Positions 48,682-59,655 of a DNA stretch of 64,000 nucleotides are shown here, in pieces. The notes under the pieces were generated by a model. That model worked only from the letters and a program-made list of their open reading frames with translations, did not search any database and was not told where the DNA came from. The DNA is from Centroscyllium fabricii (taxonomy: Eukaryota). The stretch is taken from contig JBNRSN020000011.1 of the NCBI GenBank assembly GCA_051313645.2, positions 45,880,001 to 45,944,000 on the forward strand, written 5' to 3'. The stretch's first letter is position 1, and every line of letters begins with the position of its first letter. The position numbers and the translations under genes were made by a program.

Positions 48682-48909
48682 TGTTGTAAGAATGAAACTT
48701 ACACGATATGAACTTAAGGTAAGCTTTAATCAACTTATAACTGTGATACATACAAAAGAGGTCTTCACCATGCCTCTTACTAAATCATACTGAGTAGCCC
48801 AGTATTTATACTGGGCTATTTACAGGAAGTGACATCATACAAAGTTCATAGGTCCCCAGAAGTGATGTAAGCAAAAACTCCAAGCTAGAAGCTGTTCTGT
48901 ATTACCACA
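48682..48909 (-). mobile_element. Solo LTR related to 17416-17659
   Basis: TG...CA ends and perfect TSD CCCAG (48677-48681, 48910-48914). Shares ATGTCACTTCCTGT, AGTATAAATACTGG and GCATGGTGAAGACC with the 17.4-kb LTR. Confidence 0.82.
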
Positions 48910-51140
48910 CCCAGTTTGCATTGGCAATGGGAAACCTCTCCCTGGGAAATCACTGGTGCATTGCCCACAATGTTCTGTCTTGCCACTGCACAGACTGGGC
49001 CAGTACCATCTCACATCTCAATCACTACTTCAGTGGTAGTCCGATTCCCAGTTTTATTGTTGCTTAACCTAGAACAATAATCAAATTGTTCCTCATCTGA
49101 GAAATCCCAGTTTGGATGAGATGTAATTGTTGCGTTACTCTTTTTGCCGTGCTGCTAGTTAATTATCTTCCTCACTGACAGCACAGCGAATCTGAGTCAA
49201 GGCCACAGTTCCATGGGACAGTGCGGCCTGTGATGGGAACAGACAATCAGGTGGAAGATGTCTCCAATAATTTTCTCAGTGCTAGCTTTCTGCAGTGCCC
49301 GCCCCCAAGGCCTTGCAACACAACCCATGGCACTGCACAGGTTATGATCACAGATCAAACACCTGTCAGCTAAACTGAGTGGGATCACCCACGTGAGCAT
49401 GGCATTGGACTTCAATCCCCCAGCAAAGGAGGCAAGCGTAATTTCATGGAAAATAGTTATTCATTAAATGGAATCCAGGTTCACATTGATTTTTTAAAAA
49501 TCTGTTTTGAATGGCATTTACTAATGAGTGGGTATCCGGTAATGAGTGATGGAATCTTACACTTGTATAATCTTTGTACTTGCTTGGATCTAATGTAGCT
49601 TAAACCCATTAAACCAAATTGATAAATGTTTGTGTAAGCTGTAGCTTGCGGACATGAAATGCCTTTGGATATAAAGTGAAGTTAAAACCCGATCTGACTT
49701 GTCAGCTTTGTCACAGCTGCGTGACTGGTGGATCAATACAGTTACTGTGTATTGGTGCAGTATTCAGTCGCACCATTTCAAAAGAAGCCAGAATAGTAAC
49801 GAGTGTTTCGGGACAAAAGCCATCAGCTATAGCAGATAAACAGTTGGTGTCATGTATTTATATTGCTAATTGTCTCTTTAATGTTACTGTGCCACTGTTT
49901 TCCAGGCCAAAGTAATTACATGTCCCAAATACATCTACAGTAATTATAGTCTCTTCCACTGAATGTTACAAAAGATCTATTAACTATAAAGTCCTCTGTG
50001 CTTCACAGACTCAACATCTTAGCAGTACGGCTGACTGATCAGTGCTGCTTTTTAGAAAGTGCTCAGAAATATTGCTCCAAAAATCTGACACTTTTGAGTT
50101 TAGCTCTACAACTTACAATATGGTAGCACTCATTTTGGAATTAAATCTGCTATGCTGCGATAAAATGTCAAGACCAAGAGCTGGTTGATTGAATTGACTA
50201 ACTCCGTTTTATATCGGACCTGAAATAAGCTGCATGACCAGCAAAATGCTGAGGCACGTTTGCGACTGAAATGGAACAAATGCTTTTTTACAGTGTAATC
50301 TAAAAAATTCAGTTTGGTTCCAAGGACAAGGTTATAACTTTGGCTGGTTTCCATTGACCTGTGGGGTAACACTTTGTAGCTTTTTGTTGGCCAGCACTCC
50401 GAATTTTATTAGAAGTGAACAGTAATTTAATTTAAATAGTGGTATTCCATTTGCTCCACAAGAAGAAACTGGGACATTGAAACCTTTCCACTATCATTGT
50501 AAGTGAAGTATATTATATTTATAACAGAAAATGCTGGAAACACTGAGCAGGTCAGGCAGCATCCATGGAGAGAAACAGAGTTAAAGGCCGTGAATTTAGT
50601 TCTGGAGGCGGGATGGGGCGGGTCAGCTGGTTTCTGGGTTCCAGTCCCACCCCCAGCTGCCTCCGCTCTGCAGACATGATCTTCCCTTCATTGGCCTTGT
50701 CCCTGTGGGCTTACGGACCAATTAACAGGAAGCGGGTCTGATGATGTCAGTTGATGACATGTCATCTGCCGGTTTCCATAAAGGGACCATGCACAATTTT
50801 ATTTTGAAAGCGGCTGCTCGGACCTGTGTGGAGCGGCGAGGAGCGACGGCGGTATAAAACACAAGGACCAGGTAGGTTTACCAATCTCCGTGCTCCGAGA
50901 GCGGGAGAGAGAAATAAAAAGTAATCGAAGTGTGATGTCACCAGAAAGCAGGTAAGTGATTGGTTGGTGAGTATTTCTCTCTTTCTCGTGTTTTCCAAAC
51001 TTAAATTCTGTGGTTTACGGCTTCTAGGGTGTCTGTGGTGTAGTGGGGACTGCTGGAAAACAAGGGCCCGTGAATATATAATTAAATTGTAGATTGGTGG
51101 GATTGATTTGATTTAATTTGAATTAATGAGAAGGTAAGTC

Positions 51141-52092
51141 CTGACAGGAGAGCTCGCTGCTGTGGTATGCTCCTCCTGCACTATGTGGGAAATCAGGGAG
51201 ACTTCCTGTGTCCCTGACAACCATGTGTGTGGGAAGTGTATCCAGCTGCAGCTACTGACAGACCGCATTGTGGCACTGGAGCTGCGAGTGGATACATTCT
51301 GGATCATTTGCGATGCTGATGACATCGTGGAAAGCATCTTTAATGAGTTGGTCACATCGCAGGTAAAGGCTCCACAGACAGGAAGGGAATGGGTGACCAC
51401 CAGGCAGAGTAGTAGGCGCAGGCAGGTAGTGCAGGAGTGCCCTGTGGACATCCCCCTGTCAAGCAGGTATACCGCTTTGGATACTGTTGAGGGGGATGGC
51501 TTACCAGGGGAAGGCAGCAGCAGCCAACTTCCTGGCACCAGGGGTTGTTCTGCTGCACAGGAAGGGAGGAAAAAGAGGGTTAGAGCTATAGTAATAGGGG
51601 ATTCTATTGTAAGGGGAATAGATCGGCGTTTCTGTGGCCGCAAACATGACTCCAGGATAGTATGTTGCCTCCCTGGTGCAAAGGTTAAGGATGTTTCAGA
51701 GCGGCTGCAGTACATTTTGGATGGGGAGGGTGAACAGTCAGTTGTCGTGGTGCATATAGGTACCAACGATATAAGTAAAAAAAACAGGATGAGGTCCTAA
51801 AAGCTGAATAGGGAGTTAGGAGGTAAATTAAAACATAGGACCTCAAAAGGTAGTAATCTCAGGATTGCTACCAATGCCACGTGCTAATCAGGGTAGAAAT
51901 AGAAGAATATTTCAGATGAAAACGTGGCTAGAGGAATGGTGCAAGGGGGTGGGATTCAAATTCCTGGGACATTGGAACCAGTTCTGGGGGAGGTGGGACC
52001 AGTACAAACTGGATGGTCTGCACCTGGGCAGGACCGGGACCGATGTCCTAGGGGGAGTGTTTGCTAGTACTCTGGGGGAGGGTTTAAACTAA
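51141..52092 (+). pseudogene. CR1 ORF1 (zinc finger plus SGNH esterase), frameshifted
   Basis: CSSC...CGKC, then IGDSIVRGI, CLPGAKV, HIGTND and DGLH (SGNH/GDSL esterase motifs). Confidence 0.88.
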
Positions 52093-52093
52093 A

Positions 52094-53435
52094 ATGGCAG
52101 GGGGTTGGGAATCTGAGCAGGGAGACAGAGGAAAGGGAAATAAGGATAGAACCAGAAGACAGGAAGGAGAAAAACAAAGGTGGCAGTCAGAGAAATCGAG
52201 GGTTTAAATCAAACACGGCCACAGTAAATAATAATTCTGAAAGATTTAAGAGCATTACAAAAACAAGCCTGAAGGCTTTGTGTCTTAATGTGAGGAACAT
52301 TTGCAATAAGGTGGATGAATTGGCTGCGCAAATAGAGGTAAACAAATATGATATAATTGGGATTACGGAAACATGGCTCCAGGGTGACCAAGGCTGGGAA
52401 CTCAACATCCAGGGGTATTCAACATTCAGGAAAGATAGGCAAAAAGGAAAAGGAGGTGGGGTAGCATCGCTGGTTAAAGAGGGGATTAACACAATTGTAA
52501 GGAAGGATATTAGCTGTGATGATGTGGAATCTGCATGGGTAGAACTGAGAAATACCAAGGGGCAGAAAACATTAGTGGGAGTGGTATATGGACCCCCAAA
52601 CAGTAATGCAGAGGTTGGGGATGGCATTAAAAGGGAAATTAGAGAAGCGTGCAATAAGGGCAGTGCAGTTATCATGGGTGACTTTAATTGACATATAGAT
52701 TGGGCTAACCAAATTAGTAACAAAACTGTGGAGGAGAAATTCCTGGACTGTATACGGGATGGTTTCCTGGACGAATATGTTGAGGAACCAACTAGAGATC
52801 AGGACATCTTAGACTGGGTATTATGCAATGAGAAAGGATTCATTAGCAATCTTGTTGTGCAAGGCCCCTTGGGTCGGAGCAATCATAATATGATAGAATT
52901 CTTCATTAAGATGGAGAGTGATGTAGTTGACTCAGAGACTAGGGTCCTGAATTTAAATATAGGAAACTACAATGGCTTGATGTGCGAGTTGGGTAGGATT
53001 GATTGGCAAATGTCACTCAAAGGGTTGATAGTGGATAGGCAATGGGAAACATTCAAAGATCGCATGGATGAACTACAGAATTTGTTCATCTCAGTTTGGC
53101 ATAAAAGTAAAACAAAAACGGTGACTCAACCGTGGCTGATGAGGGAAATTAGGGATAGCATAAGATCCAAGGAGAGGACATATAAATTGGCCAGAAAAAG
53201 CAGTAAACCTGAGGATTGGGAGCAGTTTAGGATTAATCAAAGGAGTACAAAGAGATTAATTAAGAGGGGTGAAATAGAGTATGAGAGTAAGCTTGCAGGG
53301 AACATAAAAACTGACTGTAAAAGCTTTTATAAAGATGTGAAGAGAAAAATATTGGTGAAGTTAAGCATAGGTCCCTTACAGTCAGAATCAGGGGAATTTA
53401 TAATGCAGAACAAAGAAATGGTAGACCAATTAATA
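52094..53435 (+). pseudogene. CR1 ORF2 N-terminus (AP-like endonuclease), disrupted
   Basis: NVRNI, GITETWL, FRKDR...GGGVA, VYGPP, MGDFN, ILDWVL, SNHNMIEF. Confidence 0.88.
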
Positions 53436-53445
53436 CATATGATAG

Positions 53446-53576
53446 GAAAATACTGCAGATGCTGGAAATCTGAAATAACAGCAGAAAATGCTGGAAAAAC
53501 TCAGCAGGCCAGGCAACATCCGTGAAGAGAGAAATATAGAGTCGACGTTTCGGGTTAGGACCCTTTGTCAAGACTG
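53446..53576 (-). mobile_element. Penelope-like pLTR fragment
   Basis: AAAATACTGCAGATGCTGGAAATCTGAA...GTCGACGTTTCGGG...ACCCTTTGTCAAG, with a degenerate hammerhead on the minus strand. Confidence 0.7.
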
Positions 53577-55760
53577 TGTGGTGGGGGCAGGTTGTTAGAG
53601 GACCTTTGTCTTACGGATGTTTAGTGTAAGGTCCATGCTCTCGTACGCTTCGGTGAAGGTGTTGATGATAGTTTGGAGTTCGAACTCCGAGTGAGCGCAG
53701 ACGCAAGTGTCATCTGCATATTGTAATTTGACGACAGAGGATGGGACGACCTTGGATCTGGACTGGAGGCGACGGAGGTTGAACAGCTTCCCATTTGTTC
53801 TGTAAATTAGCTCTACTCCAGCGGGTAGCTTACTGAGGGTGAGATGGAGCATTGCAGCAAGGAAGATTGAGAAGAGCATTGGTGCAGTGACACAGCTTTG
53901 CTTGACCCCAGTTCGTACATGAATTGGGTCTGTGGTGGAATCATTGGTCAGGATCACGGCTTGCATGTCATCGTGAAGCAGGTGGAGGATGGTGACAAAC
54001 TTTTGTGGGCAGCCGAATTTGAGGTGGACACTCATAATCCTTCACGATAACTTTCCCTGTGGCAGAGAACAGGGAATCTCCTCTGTAATTACCACAATCG
54101 GACTTGTCACCTTTAGAACATACGAAGTAGGAGCAGGCCATACGGCCCTTCGGGCCTGCTCTGCCATTTAATAGGATCATGGCTGATCCGAACTGAGATT
54201 CACATCCACTTTCCTGCCTATTCCCCGTAACCCCTTATTCCCTTATCAGCTAGGAAACTCTCTATTTCCGATTTAAATTTATTTAATGTTGCAGCTTCCA
54301 CAGCTCGCTGATGCAGCAAATTCCATAGATTCACCACCCACTTAGTGAAGAAGTTCCTCCTCATCTCAGTTTTGATAGGGCAGCCCCTTATTCTCAGATT
54401 ATGCCCCCTAGTTCTAGTCTCACCCATCAGCGGAAACATCCTCACTGCATCCACCCGATCAAGCCCCCTCACAATCTTGTATGTTTCGATAAGATTGCCT
54501 CTCACTCTTCTGAATTCCAATGAATAGAGGCCTAACCTACTCAACCTTTCCTCATAAGTCAACCCCCTCATCTCTGGAATCAACCGATTGAACCTTCTCT
54601 GAACTGCCTCAAGAGCAAGTATATATTTTCTTAAATATGGAAACCAAAACTGTATGCAGTATTCCAGGTGCGGCCTCACCAGTACCTTTTATAACTGCAG
54701 CAAGACTTTCCTGCTTTTATACTCCACCCCCCTTGCAATAAAAGCCAAGATTCTATTGGCCTTCCAGATCTTGAAGATGGTCACAATTATGGTGTCTCTG
54801 AGATCCCCTGGCATGCTCTCCTCCTTCCAGATGAGAGAAATGAGTTCATGAATTCGCGCCGGTAGTGCTTCTCCACCATGCTTTAGTACCTCGACGGGGA
54901 TTCCATCTGCTCCCGAGGCCTTGTTGTTGTTCAGTTGTCGGATGGCCTTTTCAACCTCATGCCGGGCTGGGGTTGCGCTGAGATGGTGGCGGGTAGCATG
55001 CTGCGGGATGGAGTTGAGGACACTCGCGTCGAAGACAGAATCGTGGTTAAGGAGATCTTTGAAGTGCTCCTTCCAGCGGGCACTGACTGCCTCTCTGTCC
55101 TTGATGAGTACCTCTCCATTCTTGGCCCGCAGTGGGGTAGGGCCTTGGGTGCTTGGGCCGTAGATGGTCTTGACTGCGCTAAAGAATCCACACACGTCAT
55201 TGTTGTCGGCTAGCTGCTGGATCTCCTGCGCTTTCCCAACCACCATCTGTGCTTTAGGTCGCGAGTTTTTTGTTGGACCTCGGCCTTCAGGCGTCTGTAG
55301 AGTTGCTTTCTTGCTCTCGAGTTCTGTTGCTGTTTCCAGATCAAGAATGCCTTGCACTTGCAGCTTATTAGCTCCTGGATCACCTGGTCATTCTCGTCGA
55401 ACCAGTCTTGGTGTTTCCTGGTCGAGTGACCGAGCGTCTCTTCACAGGGGCTGATTATGGAGGCCTTGAGTGCAGACCAGGCGCTGTGGACACTCTGTGT
55501 CTCTGCATCACTGGGAGTCGTCAGGTTGTTTGTGAGGCACAGGTTAAACTGGGCTTTCATAGTGGGGTCTTTGAGTGCTCCAGCGTTAATTTTCCTGCGG
55601 CATTGTTTCTGTTGCCTCCGCTGTTTTGGGGCTACATTGATGGATATGGCAGAGCAGATTAGGCGGTGGTCTGTCCAGCACTTGTCAGCTCCTGCCTCGG
55701 CGCAGGTGATGCGGACATCCTTGCGGTCCCTCGCTTGGACGATGACGTAGTGCTGCACCA
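53577..55760 (-). mobile_element. RTE-clade LINE internal fragment, split by a CR1
   Basis: CWTDHRLI, RKHQDWFDEND, KASGADGIPVE, IVTIFK|KGDKSDCGNYRG, GVKQSC..APMLF, QYADD, LTLNIRKTKVL. Confidence 0.9.
54115..54765 (-). mobile_element. CR1 3' fragment inserted in the RTE
   Basis: RPHLEYCIQFWFPYL...RRNFFTKWVVNLWN. Same subfamily as 3771-4486. Confidence 0.9.
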
Positions 55761-56704
55761 ATGACTACATATCATGCCCTGGAGAAACTCATCTCCTTGC
55801 AGCTGCCGTGTTTCTGACAAGACTGGAAACAAGCCAGAAGCACAAAAATGGGAAACCACTACAAATAGGATTAGCAAGGCAGTTAACGAGCAGTTTGGGA
55901 GCGGCTGACCCGACAATCACAAAAATCAGGTGGGAGGGGTGTGGGATGGAGTTGGGTTGGGTGTCTGAAGCCATTTTTTCAGATTTTCACTGCCAAGTCA
56001 CCTCCTAACCCACCTCCTCATGGCTATTAAAATTGAGCCCAACATGTTAGGTCTGTGAACCTTCGTCAGAGCTGGAAAAAGTTAGAGATGTAACAGATTT
56101 TAAGCACGGGCCGGAAAAGGGGGGAGCAGAGGAGGAAAGAACAAAAGGGATGGTCTGATAGGATGGAAGGCAGGAGTGGTTAAATGTTGCAAATGGGGAT
56201 GGCAGAATCATCAACAGCTGTCACCTGAGAAAATAGGGACAGAGGCTATGGTCTGAAATTGTTAGAATCATAGAATGGTTACAGTATGGAAGAAGGCCAT
56301 TTGGGTGATGGCTTTGTGGAACAGCTCCATTCAGTCCATAAAGGTAACCCTGAGCTTCTGGTCTCCTGTCATTTTAATTCTCTACTCCACTCCCACTCTG
56401 ACCCCTCTGTCCTCAGCCTCTTAAACTGTTCCAATGAAGCTCAATGGAAGCTCGAGGAGCAGCACCTCATCTTTCAATTAGGCACTTTACAGCCTTCTGG
56501 GCTCAACATTGAGTTCAATAATTTCAGACCAAAACCTCGGCGCCCCTATTTTTTCAGGCGGCAGCTGTTGATGATTCTGCCATTCCCATTTGCAACATTT
56601 AACCACTCCTGCCTTCCACCCCATCACAGACCGTCCCTTTTGTTCTCTCCGCCCCGCCCCCCCCCCCCCCCCCCCCCCCACCTTTCCTTGCCTTAAAATC
56701 TGTT

Positions 56705-56870
56705 GTAAGAAGTCACACAACACCAGGTTATAGTCCAACAGTTTTATTTGAAATCACAAGCTTTCGGAGCGCTGCTCCTTCGTCAGGTGAACTGTTGGAC
56801 TATAACCTGGTGTTGTGTGACTTCTTACATTTGTCCACCCCAGTCCAACACCGGCACCTCCACATCATGG
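56705..56870. mobile_element. 166-bp miniature Penelope-like insertion with inverted pLTR arms
   Basis: 12-bp TSD TTAAAATCTGTT (56693-56704, 56871-56882). Perfect 39-bp inverted repeat 56705-56743 / 56790-56828. Confidence 0.85.
56754..56790 (-). ncRNA. Minimal type I hammerhead ribozyme motif
   Basis: Minus strand reads TCAC-CTGACGA-A-GGAGC-AGC-GCTCC-GAAA-GCTT-GTGA. Confidence 0.75.
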
Positions 56871-59655
56871 TTAAAATCTGTTACATCTCTAACTTTTTCC
56901 AGTTCTGAAGAGGGGCCACAGACGTGAACCGTTAACTCTGCTTCTCTCTCCACGGATGCTGCCTGTCCTGCTGAGTGTTTCCAGCATTTTCTGTTGGTTC
57001 AGATTTCCAGCATCTGCAGTATTTTGCTATTGTATGTTGTATTTATATTATGCAGTACAAAGGCTGCCTCTATGACTGATCCCTCAGTTTTTTATGTTCC
57101 TGAAACAAATCATTAATCTTCCTTGAGGACTATCAGAAACCCTGAATGTAATTGTTGTCACCACAATCCCTTATTCAGCCTTTGATGATAACTTATTTAC
57201 TACTCCTCATGACCTACTAAAACTATCTCGACGATATCACACATTTTAAGATTTTAATATTTCACAGCTATGTTTCAGATGTTTGAACTGACTGCAGGAA
57301 GCAATGGTGATGATCTGAATTGGAGCAAATCTCATCGGTTGAATTCAGCGGTAGCATGAGTGCACGTTTCTGCGTAAATGAATAAGCTGGGCCCTTCCTT
57401 TCAGACAGACCTTCTGTGAAGTGTTTGGTAACGAGCAGTGGCGTCATGGTGCTCATTGTGTGCCAGCCATGTCCGCAGCCCAGCACGTTGCAATTTAAAA
57501 AACTCATTTGCTGTTTATTGGGATGGAAAGTGGGGGGCATTGATTCTAAAGATTGCCACTGCTAGTTTTGGTCTTTTCAAAGTTCTGCTGAGAACACGGT
57601 ATGCAAAGAAATTGCAGGACTTCAGAATGGTCTTAACTTAAAAAATGTGTCAGTGCTTTACATTGTCCTCTTCGTCCAAATGTGCAGGAAACTGGGTCTC
57701 CATTTTCCCAATTGGGCTCCAGTGGACGGCAAAGGGCACTATAAAGATGACATTCGGAGCTCATTTTTGCTGATGCTCTTCTGCAACCACTACCTAATGT
57801 AACAGAGCCTCATCTACACAAAAGTGGGAGAAATGTATGTTTTTGTTGAGATGAGCTCTTTGTGAAATCATGGGAGTTTCTGCTTTAAGACATTCCTATC
57901 CTGAGACAATTGGTGGTGGTGGGGGGGGATAAATGCCAATCACAGTGCGCTTGTACTGTTAGCCTATGTACACTTCTCAAGCAGCTGATGAGCTATGTAG
58001 AGGCAAATTAGTGAAATTACTGACTCCTGAGGGGTACCGGAAACAGCCACATGGGGTGAAAGTTGACAGTAGTGGGGACTTTCGCTGCCAGTGCAGATGG
58101 GTAATTCTCCTTGAAGGTCCTCATGGCCTGGGTGGCACACCTACACTCAATACCTCCATGAGGAGCCTGAGCTTTCTTATTTGTTGTTCCTCTCCTTCGC
58201 CAGGTAGGCTGACTCTGTTACAGTACTGGCTGGAAGTTGTATGTCCTCTGCAACCTCTGGCTGCCTTCATTTCTTCCTGCTGCGCTTAATCTGCCAAGGG
58301 CTGCTTTTAGACAGAATACTCCTGCGTGCTTGCACTTCGATCACTGCTGTAACAAGGTGGTTCTTCATCAAGCTCCAGGCCCAACTGTGATAAAATAGTC
58401 ACTCTTCGATTTGATTGTGCATCTGTGAAATGACGCATGTATGGCTTGTTAAGCAGACAGCTGCAGACAAATAGCCCATTAACAAATTCTACCTCCACTC
58501 CATCACTTTTTTTACGCCCACTTTTTGCTGAAACTGACAATTAGTCATTTTGGCCCATAGTTAGTTTATTTTTACTGTGAAAATTGTATTATTCAGAGCT
58601 TCTCTTTACCCAGCATCCATTCAATATTAAAGTTATTTTGTCGAACATGGATTCTTGATATTTTTCAAGTAATGTAATAGGGCTTGCAAAATCGAGAGTC
58701 CCTGAATGCAAAAAACACCTCTTACAGTTTGAGAAATGTACAGGTACCAGAAAGATTCAATGTGACTCCTGGGAGTTCGAAGTGGAATCCATGGAATCTG
58801 CAAATCTTTAACCATCTTGAGTATCATAAGCTCTGTTCCTAGATTTGATCCGTGACTACACACAGATCCTCAGGACAACAAATAAATGTTCTAGTGAAAG
58901 AAATACCATGTTGTGATTTCTGTGCAACAAATAACTGAAGAGATTTAAAAATGAACCATTGAAGAAGATTGAGAGGGGACCTGATCCTGGTTTTTAAAAC
59001 ATTCGAAGTGATGGATAACATCTATGAAAGCAGATCATTTAACTTGACTGCTATCACTGAACATGAAGGAACTGGCACTAAATTAATGAGCTTGCAGCGA
59101 GGCTGAAGAGTGAAAAGAATTGCCTCTCTCTGTCCCCCACCCCCCCACAGTGTAAGGGACATCCAGAATGGACACAGCAGCAAAAGCAATTAATACCACA
59201 TTGATTAAAATAGTTGGATGAATTCCTGATTAAATATTGGATTGAAAGTTATAAGGCTAAGTGTATATACAGGTGATCAATTACTCCATAGAAGACTGAT
59301 TCATGGAAATGCCATCTATTCAACATACCCAGTCAGGCTTGAATAATACAGATTGTTATGTTTGACTGATCCTGAGGTCCTCCTTGATGACCTTCAGGGT
59401 CACAGAGAAATTTCAGAGCTTCCGAAGGTTGCATTTCTAGCTGTTCAGACCCCTAGGAGAGTAAATTAAGGTCGAGATTATCCGTAAGAATGCAAATTGT
59501 GCATGGTCTGCTAGAAGGAGCGCTCCCAAAAGGCCAAATGACAGTTTCATGTCCCTCAATTCTTGAATTGTAATTTTTTGAAGTGTAGCCACTGTTGTAA
59601 TGTTGGAAACACAGCAGCCAATTTGCACACGGCAATGAGATGATAACCAGATATT

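Larger units (their letters stand above)
50810..53435 (+). mobile_element. CR1 LINE 5' half (5' UTR, ORF1, ORF2 endonuclease), 3'-truncated
   Basis: ORF1 and ORF2 motifs are listed in the next two features. GC-rich leader with TATAAAA. Confidence 0.9.
50586..56040. mobile_element. Non-autonomous TIR DNA element (ends 50586-50805 and 55760-56040) enclosing a LINE nest
   Basis: Imperfect termini GGCCGTGAATTT/AAAATTGAGCCC. The Penelope sequence AGAGTTAA|CATGTTAGGTC rejoins when it is removed. Confidence 0.45.
50522..57030 (+). mobile_element. Penelope-like element 3' end with an inverted pLTR copy (pieces 50522-50585, 56041-56265 and 56300-57030)
   Basis: GIY-YIG tail CHFNS...KLEEQHLIFQLGTLQPSGLNIEFNNFR at 56300-56530. 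56067-56265 is the reverse complement of 56515-56905 once the 166-bp insert is removed. The left copy is split by a 5.4-kb nest. Confidence 0.75.

Noticed and set aside
57268-58540. Minus ORFs 57268-57540 and 58307-58540 as host exons or a pseudogene
   Set aside because: No recognisable domain, multiple stops between them and no convincing splice signals.
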